A stretch of 64,000 nt of DNA from positions 32,001-96,000 of the forward strand of contig CAXXUA010000013.1 of NCBI GenBank assembly GCA_963663765.2, read 5' to 3'. The DNA is from Candidatus Poribacteria bacterium. Lineage in GTDB: Bacteria; Poribacteria; WGA-4E; WGA-3G. Of this stretch, positions 51,631-60,566 are shown piece after piece (the stretch's first letter is position 1; every line of letters starts with the position of its first letter). The notes beneath the pieces were generated by a model. The model was not told the origin of the DNA. It searched no databases and was given only the letters and a program-made list of their open reading frames with translations. A program made the translations under genes and the position numbers.

Positions 51631-53652
51631 ATGTATATCAAACGTTTGTTCTTTACTGTCATATTTTTATTTTGTTTCTTAGCATTGAGTTTTGCAGAAG
51701 ATGACCGTCAGATAGTACGTCTCAATAAAGGTAGTGTTAGCGAAGTAGTATATTCACCAGATGGACAAAGTTTAGCGGTTGCTGGTGGTTTAGGCGTTTG
51801 GCTTTACCCGACGCAAACTAGTGAAGACCCAGAATTAATTGAACACCCAAATTCTGTAATAAACATATCGTTTAGTTCGGATGGTAAAACCGTTGCCGGT
51901 TCAGATGTGCGAGGTTCCGTTCTCGTGTGGGATCTTGAAACAAGAGAACTTCAACAGACATTCAGAACAATAAATCTTATATTAGACGTATCAATCAGTC
52001 CAGATGGCCAGTTCGTCGCTATTGCAAGTTCAAATGGACTGATTCGCATGTGGGATATTATGACAGATGAACTTCTCTATACAGTTGAAGCTCATGTAAA
52101 TAGATATGTCAGTACCTTATCCTTCAGTCCAGATGGACAAATACTCGCAAGTGGTGGAACAGACGCTGTAGTCAACTTGTGGGATGTCAAATCAGGTAAC
52201 CTCCTTCATACACTTAGAGGAAATCTGAATAGAGTCACTCGTGTGACGTTCAGTCCTAATGGGCAATTACTTGCAACTTGCAGTCTTGACAATGCTATCC
52301 TTTTATGGGACGTTCAGACAGGTAAACTCCACAACGCAATCACTGGAAGTGCAGATTGGGGCTTTAGTTTATCGTTCAGTCCAGATGGGGAGATGCTTGC
52401 GTCTGGAGGGGTAGATCGTAATGTCCATATATGGGATGTTAGAACCGTTAAACACCTTCAGACACTCACAGGCCACCAATATAGTGTCGATGGTTTATCG
52501 TTCAGTCCGGATGGGGAGACATTAGCAAGCGTGAGTACTCAGGACAGTGACGTCCAAATATGGAATCTTAGTACAAGTAGCCTCAGATACACACTCTTGG
52601 GACATAGCGGTGGTATCTGGAGTTTATCGTTTAGTCCGGATGGTCGTACACTTGCCAATATAAGTCAGGGAACCGTTAGTTTGTTGGAAGTTGGTACTGG
52701 TGACATTCAACACACGTTTCTGGGAAATACGGTTTCTTTCAGTCCAGAGGGGCAAACGGTTGCTATCGCAGGATTAAATCCCAATGTTAGTTTGATGAAT
52801 ATTAGTACAGGTAAAATCCAACAAACCCTTGAGTTAGATACTGATCCTTTATATATATCGTTCAACCGTGATGGACAGAAACTTGGTATTCTGGATAGGG
52901 ATGGTACAATCTATTCATGGGATGTAAAAACGAATGGTCTTCATCATACATTCTCGGAACTTGCTCGTTATATTAGCATCCGTTTTCATGGTCATATCTT
53001 GTTCAGTCCAGATTTGCGATTTCTTGCAATAACGCATTATGATAAGCACACCGATTCGTATAGTACCATACATTTGTTGGATGTTGGTACAGGTAAACTT
53101 CTTCACACACTCTATGGGCATGGGGATTCGGTCAGGAGTCTATCTTTCAGTGTGGATGGAAAGACGCTTGTAAGTGGAAGTTGGGACTCGACCATCCGAT
53201 TGTGGGATGTTGAAACCGGTCGTCTTCTGCAGGTACCCATAAGACAAGGTGGACTGATTTACAGTGTATCGCTCAGCCCAGATGGACAAACACTCGCAAG
53301 CGGAGGTTTTGACGGTACCATCTATTTGTGGGATGTTGAGTCAGGTAATCTGAAAGACACGCTCACGGGGAATAGTAACAGGGTTACAAATGTGTTGTTC
53401 AGTCCAGATGGACAGGTCCTTGCAATCAGCAGAGTGGGTGGCACCATTTTCTTGTGGGATAATATCCCCGCGCCACCTGAACCAGAAAAACACTTAGCAG
53501 ATGTCAACGCGGACGGTGTTGTCAACATACAAGATTTGAGATTGGTTGCGGCAGACTTCGGTAAGACAGGTGTATACGTTACGGATGTCAATGGTGATGG
53601 CACAGTCAACATTCAGGACCTTGTTTTTGTGGTAGCGGCTTTTGATGATTAA
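51631..53652 (+). CDS. Secreted WD40-repeat protein with a C-terminal dockerin
   Basis: Signal peptide, FSPDG..LAS..WD repeats, DVNADGVVNIQDL / DVNGDGTVNIQDL. Confidence 0.9.
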   Translation: MYIKRLFFTVIFLFCFLALSFAEDDRQIVRLNKGSVSEVVYSPDGQSLAVAGGLGVWLYPTQTSEDPELIEHPNSVINISFSSDGKTVAGSDVRGSVLVWDLETRELQQTFRTINLILDVSISPDGQFVAIASSNGLIRMWDIMTDELLYTVEAHVNRYVSTLSFSPDGQILASGGTDAVVNLWDVKSGNLLHTLRGNLNRVTRVTFSPNGQLLATCSLDNAILLWDVQTGKLHNAITGSADWGFSLSFSPDGEMLASGGVDRNVHIWDVRTVKHLQTLTGHQYSVDGLSFSPDGETLASVSTQDSDVQIWNLSTSSLRYTLLGHSGGIWSLSFSPDGRTLANISQGTVSLLEVGTGDIQHTFLGNTVSFSPEGQTVAIAGLNPNVSLMNISTGKIQQTLELDTDPLYISFNRDGQKLGILDRDGTIYSWDVKTNGLHHTFSELARYISIRFHGHILFSPDLRFLAITHYDKHTDSYSTIHLLDVGTGKLLHTLYGHGDSVRSLSFSVDGKTLVSGSWDSTIRLWDVETGRLLQVPIRQGGLIYSVSLSPDGQTLASGGFDGTIYLWDVESGNLKDTLTGNSNRVTNVLFSPDGQVLAISRVGGTIFLWDNIPAPPEPEKHLADVNADGVVNIQDLRLVAADFGKTGVYVTDVNGDGTVNIQDLVFVVAAFDD

Positions 53653-53705
53653 CGCGTGCGAAGACAATAATCAAATTCCTTGACATCTTCATAAGAAGGA
53701 AAAAC

Positions 53706-54428
53706 ATGGAAAATAAGAAAACCAAGATTGACCAACTGTTACGGGATGGATTCATCTTAATAGATGGTGCGTTAACCCCAGACGAAACAGAAAATATACG
53801 GCAACGGGTGAACTACGCTCGCGAACAGGGTTGGGAAGAAGGTTTGAACGCGGTTGGCAATATGTGGTTTGATTCCTTACTGGATAAGGAACCTGACACC
53901 TACGCGCCGCTTGTTGGGCATCCGAGTGTTCGACCCTATCTTGAAGGTTTAATGGGGAAGCAGTGTCAACTTCGTAGCCTGCGCGCGCATATCAATCCAG
54001 GTCCCTATTTACAAGAATGGCACATGGATTTTTACGGTTATTGGCACGAAAAACGATACGTTGAAGAACACCCGTTCGCAATGGCTCCAGCTGGTATCAA
54101 CACTACCTACTATTTTCAAGATAATGCACCAGGTGAAGGACACCTAAAGTTTGTGAAAGATGGACACTTAAACGAACCGCCATATCTGTATCCAATGGAT
54201 CGTCCCAAATTTGAGACGTGGTGTGAATCCCAAGAACATGTAATTCTGTATCCGAAAGCGGGTGATTGCGTTGTGTTTATCAACCATATCCCACATCAAG
54301 GTGCAAAGGAACGGGACGACATGGAACGCAGCAATGTTGTTTGCCATTATCAGGTCACCCCGATGTATGATGGTGTTTGGCATGTTTCGCGTCCACGCGG
54401 GTATCAAGGCACATTTCCATTTGCTTAG
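53706..54428 (+). CDS. Phytanoyl-CoA dioxygenase (PhyH) family protein
   Basis: DGF, WHMD, KAGDCVVF...H. Confidence 0.85.
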   Translation: MENKKTKIDQLLRDGFILIDGALTPDETENIRQRVNYAREQGWEEGLNAVGNMWFDSLLDKEPDTYAPLVGHPSVRPYLEGLMGKQCQLRSLRAHINPGPYLQEWHMDFYGYWHEKRYVEEHPFAMAPAGINTTYYFQDNAPGEGHLKFVKDGHLNEPPYLYPMDRPKFETWCESQEHVILYPKAGDCVVFINHIPHQGAKERDDMERSNVVCHYQVTPMYDGVWHVSRPRGYQGTFPFA

Positions 54429-54496
54429 ATGAGAATCATTCTTATTCGACGACTATTGTAACCCTATCCAGAATCAATTTTAATATGTAAAAACTT

Positions 54497-55303
54497 ATGC
54501 AAAGCATAAAGATTTTTCTATTGACTGTAATCTCTCTGGCATTGAGTTTTCCAATTAGCAGTACAGCGGACAAATTGGAAGGATTAGTCGTTTATTTTGG
54601 ATTTGAAGATGGGGAAGGTGATACTGTCACTGATTTGTCTGGTAACAGACAGCACGGGACATTAGAAGGTGACACAGACTGGACAGATGGCAAATTTGGT
54701 AAAGGTCTCAAATTCGGCGGTGAGAATGGTATTGTAAGCGTTGTTCATTCACATTACTTTGAGTTTACCGAAGGTATTACCGTTTGTGCTTGGATTCGTC
54801 CGACGTTGATTGAAGGTCCCGGTGAATGGCAACTGATAGCAGCGAAAGGTTCTGATATAGACGAGTTTTTTGAAGTGCTCTTACATCCGCAAGGTTTTAT
54901 ATGGATGGGTTGGCGATTTACTACGGGACGGGTTGCACCGAATAAGAGCTCTAACGTTGTGGTTAAAGCAAAATGGCAGCATGTAGCCGTATCGTTTCAG
55001 TCAGGAGATTGGTGGAGAGTCTACCTTGATGGCGAAAAACTGATGGATTATCCAGAAGTGGATGCGGAACTATATCCTGTTGAAGCACCACTACTACTGG
55101 GAACTGAACAACCTTTCACTTTACAACGTTACTATAATGGTGATATGGATGAGTTCGCTATTTATAATCGTGGACTGTCTCAGAGTGAAATTAGGCAAAT
55201 TCAAAGAGGTATCAAGAAAACTTTGGCAGTTGAACCGACTGGGAAGCTCTCAACAACATGGGGAATCCTTAAGCAAAAAGGTATTCGCAGTGTGCCAAAT
55301 TGA
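54497..55303 (+). CDS. Secreted LamG-like jellyroll protein with an AVEPxGKLxTTWG tail
   Basis: GLVVYFGFE, DGKFGKGL, WQHVA, YLDG, GDMDEFAIYNR. Confidence 0.88.
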   Translation: MQSIKIFLLTVISLALSFPISSTADKLEGLVVYFGFEDGEGDTVTDLSGNRQHGTLEGDTDWTDGKFGKGLKFGGENGIVSVVHSHYFEFTEGITVCAWIRPTLIEGPGEWQLIAAKGSDIDEFFEVLLHPQGFIWMGWRFTTGRVAPNKSSNVVVKAKWQHVAVSFQSGDWWRVYLDGEKLMDYPEVDAELYPVEAPLLLGTEQPFTLQRYYNGDMDEFAIYNRGLSQSEIRQIQRGIKKTLAVEPTGKLSTTWGILKQKGIRSVPN

Positions 55304-55387
55304 CAGATATTGTTAGTACATTCATTGATGCAAGACTGCCAATTTGACCTATTATCCAACCAAACTTGTTATTATTAGGTATAAAAG

Positions 55388-55403
55388 TTGGCATAGATAT
55401 TGC
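55388..55403 (+). promoter_or_regulatory. Sigma54 -24/-12 motif, duplicate of the one upstream of dnaK
   Basis: TTGGCATAGATATTGC. Confidence 0.55.
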
Positions 55404-55419
55404 GTTATATATTTAACAT

Positions 55420-55877
55420 GATTTTCGCACCACTTGAAGGATTTCGGCACGTTGAAGTAACCGACACATGCACAAGTATTGATTTTGATCATATCTGCCG
55501 AGATTTAGTTGATGTTTATTTCCTTAATGCTGATAAGATCATTCTTGTTTGCGATAATCTCAATACTCACAAGTCGACTTCGTTGTATAAAGCTTTCCAA
55601 CCAGATCAAGCCAGGCGAATTGCCGAAAAACTTGAGTTCCACTATACACCTAAACATGGAAGTTGGTTGAATATGGCTGAGATTGAGTTATCAGTGTTAT
55701 CCAGGGGTTGTCTTTCAAGGCGTATCCCCGGCCAAGAAACTTTAAAGCAGGAGATCCGTTCATGGCAACCCCGTAGAAATGAATAACGAACAAGTATGAA
55801 TTGGCGATTTAGAACAGATGATGCGCGAATAAAACTCAAACGACTATACCCATCTATTAGCGATTGATTGAACACTA
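55420..55877 (+). pseudogene. IS630 transposase 3' remnant with internal stop and right end
   Basis: CDNLNTH, KHGSWLNMAEIE, then after the stop NWRFRTDDARIKLKRLYP. Confidence 0.85.
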
Positions 55878-55987
55878 GTGCATATCTCATAAATATATTT
55901 TTTTGATTTAACGGGCGGGGAAACCCCGCCCCTACGATGTTATCCAAATAGGACAATCCAATAATTGGATTTATGAGATACGCTCTA
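55876..55987. mobile_element. MITE with tatctcataaat / atttatgagata ends and a gggcggggaaaccccgcccctac REP
   Basis: Inverted ends; solo ends also at about 1907-1922 and 43719-43737. Confidence 0.65.
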
Positions 55988-55995
55988 CATACAAT

Positions 55996-56548
55996 GACTT
56001 GTGCCAGTTAACAGATTGTTTTGTTGGTTTTCACATATATTCGCATTAGTGCTATAATCATATCGTCCCTACGGGACTAAGTGGTTTTCTTGCTAAGTAT
56101 TTGTTATATGTTCCCATTGACGATCTTCTACTTAAACAGATGACGACTGGGTTCTTCAGCATTGAAATTTTATTTTATGCTAAAATTAATTGCCGAAAGA
56201 ACCACTAAGTGGTTTTCTTGCTAAGTATTTATTATATGCAGGACTTACGCAGTTTTCATGATCCAATCAAGAATTAAGACGAAAACGATGTAATTTTCAG
56301 CATTTTTTGGTTTCCGGCGCGCTTACAAAGCACGCCTACCGTTGGGTGCATAAGTTCTGATATGTTTCCATTGACGATCTACTACTTAAACATAAGACTA
56401 CGGGGTTCTTCAGCATTGGACTTTTATTTCATGCAAAAATTAATTGCCGAAAGAACCACTAAAGAGTATGTCAATATAAGTGAAATCACAATAATACACT
56501 TTTCTTATGTGTAGAAATATGTTGCAATCAGTTCTTTAGTACAACTCG
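55996..56548. mobile_element. Nested MITE stack (host MITE > two tandem GTGGTT..AACCAC MITEs > CAGGACTTACGCA MITE)
   Basis: 56081-56205 and 56209-56459 are separated and flanked by TAA; 56239-56359 is flanked by ATATG. Confidence 0.85.
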
Positions 56549-56577
56549 TTACATACAAGAACAATGTATTATTGATA

Positions 56578-56899
56578 CTATTGTTTGGACAATTTTATTC
56601 ATAAGTTGATAAACCTTATCAGGATACAATTGGCATAACGGAAGTCCTCTTTGCTCCAGCGGAACAATATGTTTATAGTAGCATAATGAACCGACATGTC
56701 CGTTCCAGCGGAGCGGTATGTGATTTCTAACATAGCACTTCGCTCAAGGGCAAGAAGACTTATATACAATTTTCTATAACATAACACTCTGCTGGAGTGC
56801 GTCGTTTTACTTGAGGTTGCCCTTATAAGTAAATTTGTAGAAAATAGACTTCTGGTTGATAACTCTACAAGAAACTGATAGAAAATGTCCAAACTATAG
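56578..56899. mobile_element. GTTTGGAC-ended MITE, inverted homolog of 42486-42855
   Basis: TIR gtttggaca / tgtccaaac; ctccagcgga REPs. Confidence 0.85.
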
Positions 56900-56905
56900 T
56901 AAATA

Positions 56906-57088
56906 CAGGACTTACGCACTCAACGGTAGGCGGGGAATGCCTAAAGAAGCATGCGCGTGTGGCATGCTCCATGATTCATACCGTTGATTTGGTGCTTTGT
57001 AAGTGCGCTGGAAACCGGAAAAATGCTGAAAATTACACCCATTTTCGTCATAATTCTTCATTAAAACATGAAAACTGCGTAAGTCCTG
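56906..57088. mobile_element. CAGGACTTACGCA MITE with a REP interrupted by a 60-nt cassette
   Basis: Perfect 13-bp inverted repeat; homologous to 56239-56359 and 60362-60484. Confidence 0.85.
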
Positions 57089-57181
57089 ATATATTAAAGT
57101 GAGATCGCGATATAAGTAATTTGGGAGAATAGTTGCAGTTAGGAAACCGCATCCGCCGAATACCACACGGGGAATGCCTAA

Positions 57182-60100
57182 ATGGCATTGGTCCCGTCTA
57201 AAAATATGAGGACAATTATGAAATTCAAATGTTTGTTTGTTATGATAATTGCGCTCTGGACTTTTTTGCTTCCTTGTTTTGCCCAGAAAGATACACCGGA
57301 AAAATATATAGTAAAACTGGTCTATTTTGTTGCAAAAGACCGAAAACCTCAAAAGGAAATAGATACTAAGATCAAAAAAATACTGAAGCGTGCGCAGAAG
57401 TTTTACGGCGACGAGATGGAAAAGTATAGGTATAATAGAAAAACCTTTAGACTGGAAACTGATACAAACGGAGATATAGTGGTGCACCATGTAACTGGAA
57501 AAAAAGATAGCACACAATATCAGAAAAAACCTTATGAAGTGTTTAATGAATGTGCAAGTAGGATTCAAACGCCAAACACGATCTTATTTGTTGTGCTAGA
57601 CCATGGTAGTCGTAGAGTAGCTGGTTATTATGGCGTGGCTTATGCAGGAGAGCGTATACTGATCCCAGTGTCGGGAGGCTGGGAGGTCGCTGCGCATGAG
57701 CTCGGACACGCTTTCGGATTACCACACGCTCTCCGTGATGGTAGACCTAGAATGTCCTACGGAAAATGTGCAGCAGCATGGTTGGATCTCAATCCCTATT
57801 TCAATGGCGGTAGAATTCGTGAGGTTGAAAGAAGGGTAAAGGTTGAGATGCTTCCATCTTCTATAGCATATCCACCAGATAATATGCATCTCTTTTTTAA
57901 GATAACGGATCCTGATGGACTCTATCTTGTCCGATTTCGACACGCTAATCGACTTATGCATAGTTGCCAGTCTATATCCGGAGATCAGGCAATCGTCCAA
58001 TTCAATACCTCAAAAGTAATGGGTAAAGGAGTCAATGTTGCAACCGTTGATCTCAATGGAAATGCAAAGAAGTTAGGTTTGTTTTCATTTGACAATATTA
58101 AGCCGAATTTGATAGTAGACATTTCTGGTGAGGTCATAGATGCGCCAGATCAACACTATAACAACATTCGGGGACCATGGCTCTGGATGATCGCGCCAAC
58201 GAAACAAAATCAAGGTGGAAAGGATTCAACTCATATTGATTCTTTAGTCGTTGTCAGTGCAGATACGGTTAACGAAGGAACTATATCTAAATACGGGGCA
58301 AATGAAGGAGACACCGTAGGAGAGTATAAGTGGACACTCGGTGAAATTCCTGCAAATGGAAATATCAACACGATGCTCACAAATATAGGCATGACAGAAA
58401 ACACCGATCTCGACGATTTTACGTCTTATGCACTCACCACACTTGTATCCAAAACAGATCAACCTAATGTGAAAATGAAAGTTGGGAGTGACGATTCTAT
58501 CAAAGTTTGGCTTAACGGTGAAGTCGTTTTTAGTAACGCAACAAACCGAGTCTATAGGAAAAACGATGATGTTTTCCCAGTTAACCTGAAAAAAGGTGAT
58601 AATCTCCTGCTTGTGAAGGTTAGTGAGCGACAAGGCCCCTGGGGCATGCATGTTGGCGTGGCTGCTGAGATATTCCCTGTCTATAGAGTTCCAACGACTA
58701 CCTCTGTTTATGGTCCTGCCTTAGCAGCGGTATGCAATTTGACACCTGAAATGAGCAATCCAAGCGCAGATATTGAGTATATCCTTACAGTGATAAACAC
58801 TGGTAATACAAAGGACACAATAAAATTGGCAATATCAGGCAATACCACCTATCTACGTGGTAAGAAGGAACTTGGTGACAATGATGTATCGGTTGATACG
58901 ACATTGAGTCCAGTATCTGTATCACTTGCTCCCGGTGCTTCTTCAAAAGTGACATTGGTGGTTCCGGGGTTTGTGCGTGCTACTGCTGGCGATTATGAGA
59001 TCAAAGTCACAGCCACTTCAGAAAGCGACATCACAAAAACCGCTCAAGTCACAACCACCGCCACCATTATACCTGTTCACGGTGTCGCTTTAGCAGGTGT
59101 GGATGACTTGACTGCTAAGACCATTGATGTGAATGCAGATGTTAAGTACGCCCTTACAGTGACAAACACTGGCAATACAAAAGACACAATAAAATTGGCA
59201 ACATCAGGTGAGGTAGCCTCAACACTAAATCAGAAATCTGTATCACTTGTTCCCGGTGCTTCTTCAAAAGTGATATTGATGATTCCAGGCACAGCTCTCG
59301 TTACTGCTGGCAATTATGCGGTTAATGTCATAGCCACTTCAGAAAGTGATGATACGAAGACAGATCAAATCAGAACCATCACCAATGTTCACTCAGATAC
59401 TGTCCCTGATGCAGAAGATATTGTGGACCCTCCAGTGATGCCGATTTATAAAGTCTATAATAGCATTCGTGGTCCGTGGCTTTGGATGATCGCTCCAACT
59501 GTACAAAATCAAGGGGGAAAGAATTCTACGCATATTGATTCCTTAGCCGTTGTCAGTGGTAATACAGTTAATGAAAAAACAGTATCTAAGTATGGGGCTA
59601 CTAAGGGGGACACCGTCGGCGATTATACGTGGACGCTCGGTGAAATTCCTGCAAATGGAAATATCAACACGATGCTCGTGAATATAGGTATGACAGAAAA
59701 CACCGATCTCGACGATTTTACGTCTTATGCGCTTACTACACTTGTGTCCAAAACGGATCAACCTAATGTGAAAATGAGAGTTGGAAGTGACGATTCTATA
59801 AAAGTTTGGCTTAACGGTGAAGTCGTTTGGAGTCACTCAACAAACCGAGTCTATCGGAAAAACAATGATGTTTTCACAGTTAACTTGAATAAAGGTGATA
59901 ATCTCCTGATTGTGAAGGTTAGTGAGCGGCAAGGTCCCTGGGGCATGCATGTTAGAGTAAATGCTGAGGTATTCACTGTCTATAGAGTTCCAACAACTAC
60001 TCCTGTTTTTGGTGCTACTTTAGAAGGTGTGAGCAATTTAAAAACTGAGGCGACGGATGTAAGGACAGGTATCAAGTATATTTTTAAAGTCACAAATACC

Positions 60101-60328
60101 GGCAATACAAAAGATACGATAAAATTAGCAACATCGGGCAATATAAATGCGACGTTAAGTCAACCCTCAGTATGGCTTGCGCCTGGTGTTTCTGCAAAAG
60201 TGACGTTGACGATTCCGGCTACTGCACTTGCATCTGTCGGCGATTATAAGGTTAAAGTTATAGCCACTTCGGAAAGTGATAGCGCGAAAACAGACCAAAT
60301 TACAACCCAAACCACTATTAGACCTTGA
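57182..60328 (+). CDS. Secreted zinc metalloprotease with two PA14/GLEYA-like domains and three NEW3/Ig-like repeats
   Basis: HELGHAFGLPH; duplicated GPWLWMIAP...GSDDSIKVWLNG..LLVKV domain; NTGNTKDTIKL repeats. Likely start is MKFK at about 57218. Confidence 0.8.
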   Translation: MALVPSKNMRTIMKFKCLFVMIIALWTFLLPCFAQKDTPEKYIVKLVYFVAKDRKPQKEIDTKIKKILKRAQKFYGDEMEKYRYNRKTFRLETDTNGDIVVHHVTGKKDSTQYQKKPYEVFNECASRIQTPNTILFVVLDHGSRRVAGYYGVAYAGERILIPVSGGWEVAAHELGHAFGLPHALRDGRPRMSYGKCAAAWLDLNPYFNGGRIREVERRVKVEMLPSSIAYPPDNMHLFFKITDPDGLYLVRFRHANRLMHSCQSISGDQAIVQFNTSKVMGKGVNVATVDLNGNAKKLGLFSFDNIKPNLIVDISGEVIDAPDQHYNNIRGPWLWMIAPTKQNQGGKDSTHIDSLVVVSADTVNEGTISKYGANEGDTVGEYKWTLGEIPANGNINTMLTNIGMTENTDLDDFTSYALTTLVSKTDQPNVKMKVGSDDSIKVWLNGEVVFSNATNRVYRKNDDVFPVNLKKGDNLLLVKVSERQGPWGMHVGVAAEIFPVYRVPTTTSVYGPALAAVCNLTPEMSNPSADIEYILTVINTGNTKDTIKLAISGNTTYLRGKKELGDNDVSVDTTLSPVSVSLAPGASSKVTLVVPGFVRATAGDYEIKVTATSESDITKTAQVTTTATIIPVHGVALAGVDDLTAKTIDVNADVKYALTVTNTGNTKDTIKLATSGEVASTLNQKSVSLVPGASSKVILMIPGTALVTAGNYAVNVIATSESDDTKTDQIRTITNVHSDTVPDAEDIVDPPVMPIYKVYNSIRGPWLWMIAPTVQNQGGKNSTHIDSLAVVSGNTVNEKTVSKYGATKGDTVGDYTWTLGEIPANGNINTMLVNIGMTENTDLDDFTSYALTTLVSKTDQPNVKMRVGSDDSIKVWLNGEVVWSHSTNRVYRKNNDVFTVNLNKGDNLLIVKVSERQGPWGMHVRVNAEVFTVYRVPTTTPVFGATLEGVSNLKTEATDVRTGIKYIFKVTNTGNTKDTIKLATSGNINATLSQPSVWLAPGVSAKVTLTIPATALASVGDYKVKVIATSESDSAKTDQITTQTTIRP

Positions 60329-60361
60329 CTTCCACAGAGGATAGTAACACGAAAACCTTAT

Positions 60362-60484
60362 CAGGACTGATGCACACAATTGTAGACGTGCTTTGTAAAC
60401 GCGCTGGAAACCAATAAAAATGCTGATAATTATATCATTTTCATCATAATTCTTGATTAAATCAAGAAAACTGCGTAAGTCCTG
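60362..60484. mobile_element. Degenerate CAGGACTTACGCA MITE
   Basis: caggactgatgca ... tgcgtaagtcctg, with the gtagacgtgctttgtaa REP. Confidence 0.75.
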
Positions 60485-60503
60485 ATATATAAGTTAATAT
60501 AGG

Positions 60504-60520
60504 TTGGCATAGATATTGCA
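60504..60520 (+). promoter_or_regulatory. Sigma54 (-24/-12) promoter of dnaK
   Basis: TTGGCATAGATATTGCA fits TGGCA(C/T)-N5-TTGC(A/T), about 60 bp before the ATG. Confidence 0.7.
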
Positions 60521-60566
60521 CTTTTATTATTAACAAGATTTTACATATTAACAATTTTATTACGAT

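Noticed and set aside
56599-57568. Minus-strand ORFs of 106 and 218 aa
   Set aside because: They run across MITEs and antisense to the protease, with no recognisable motifs.
57182-60328. Diversity-generating retroelement (TR/VR) from the duplicated domains
   Set aside because: Both copies are in frame within one ORF, differences are not adenine-specific by eye, and no reverse transcriptase is in the window.
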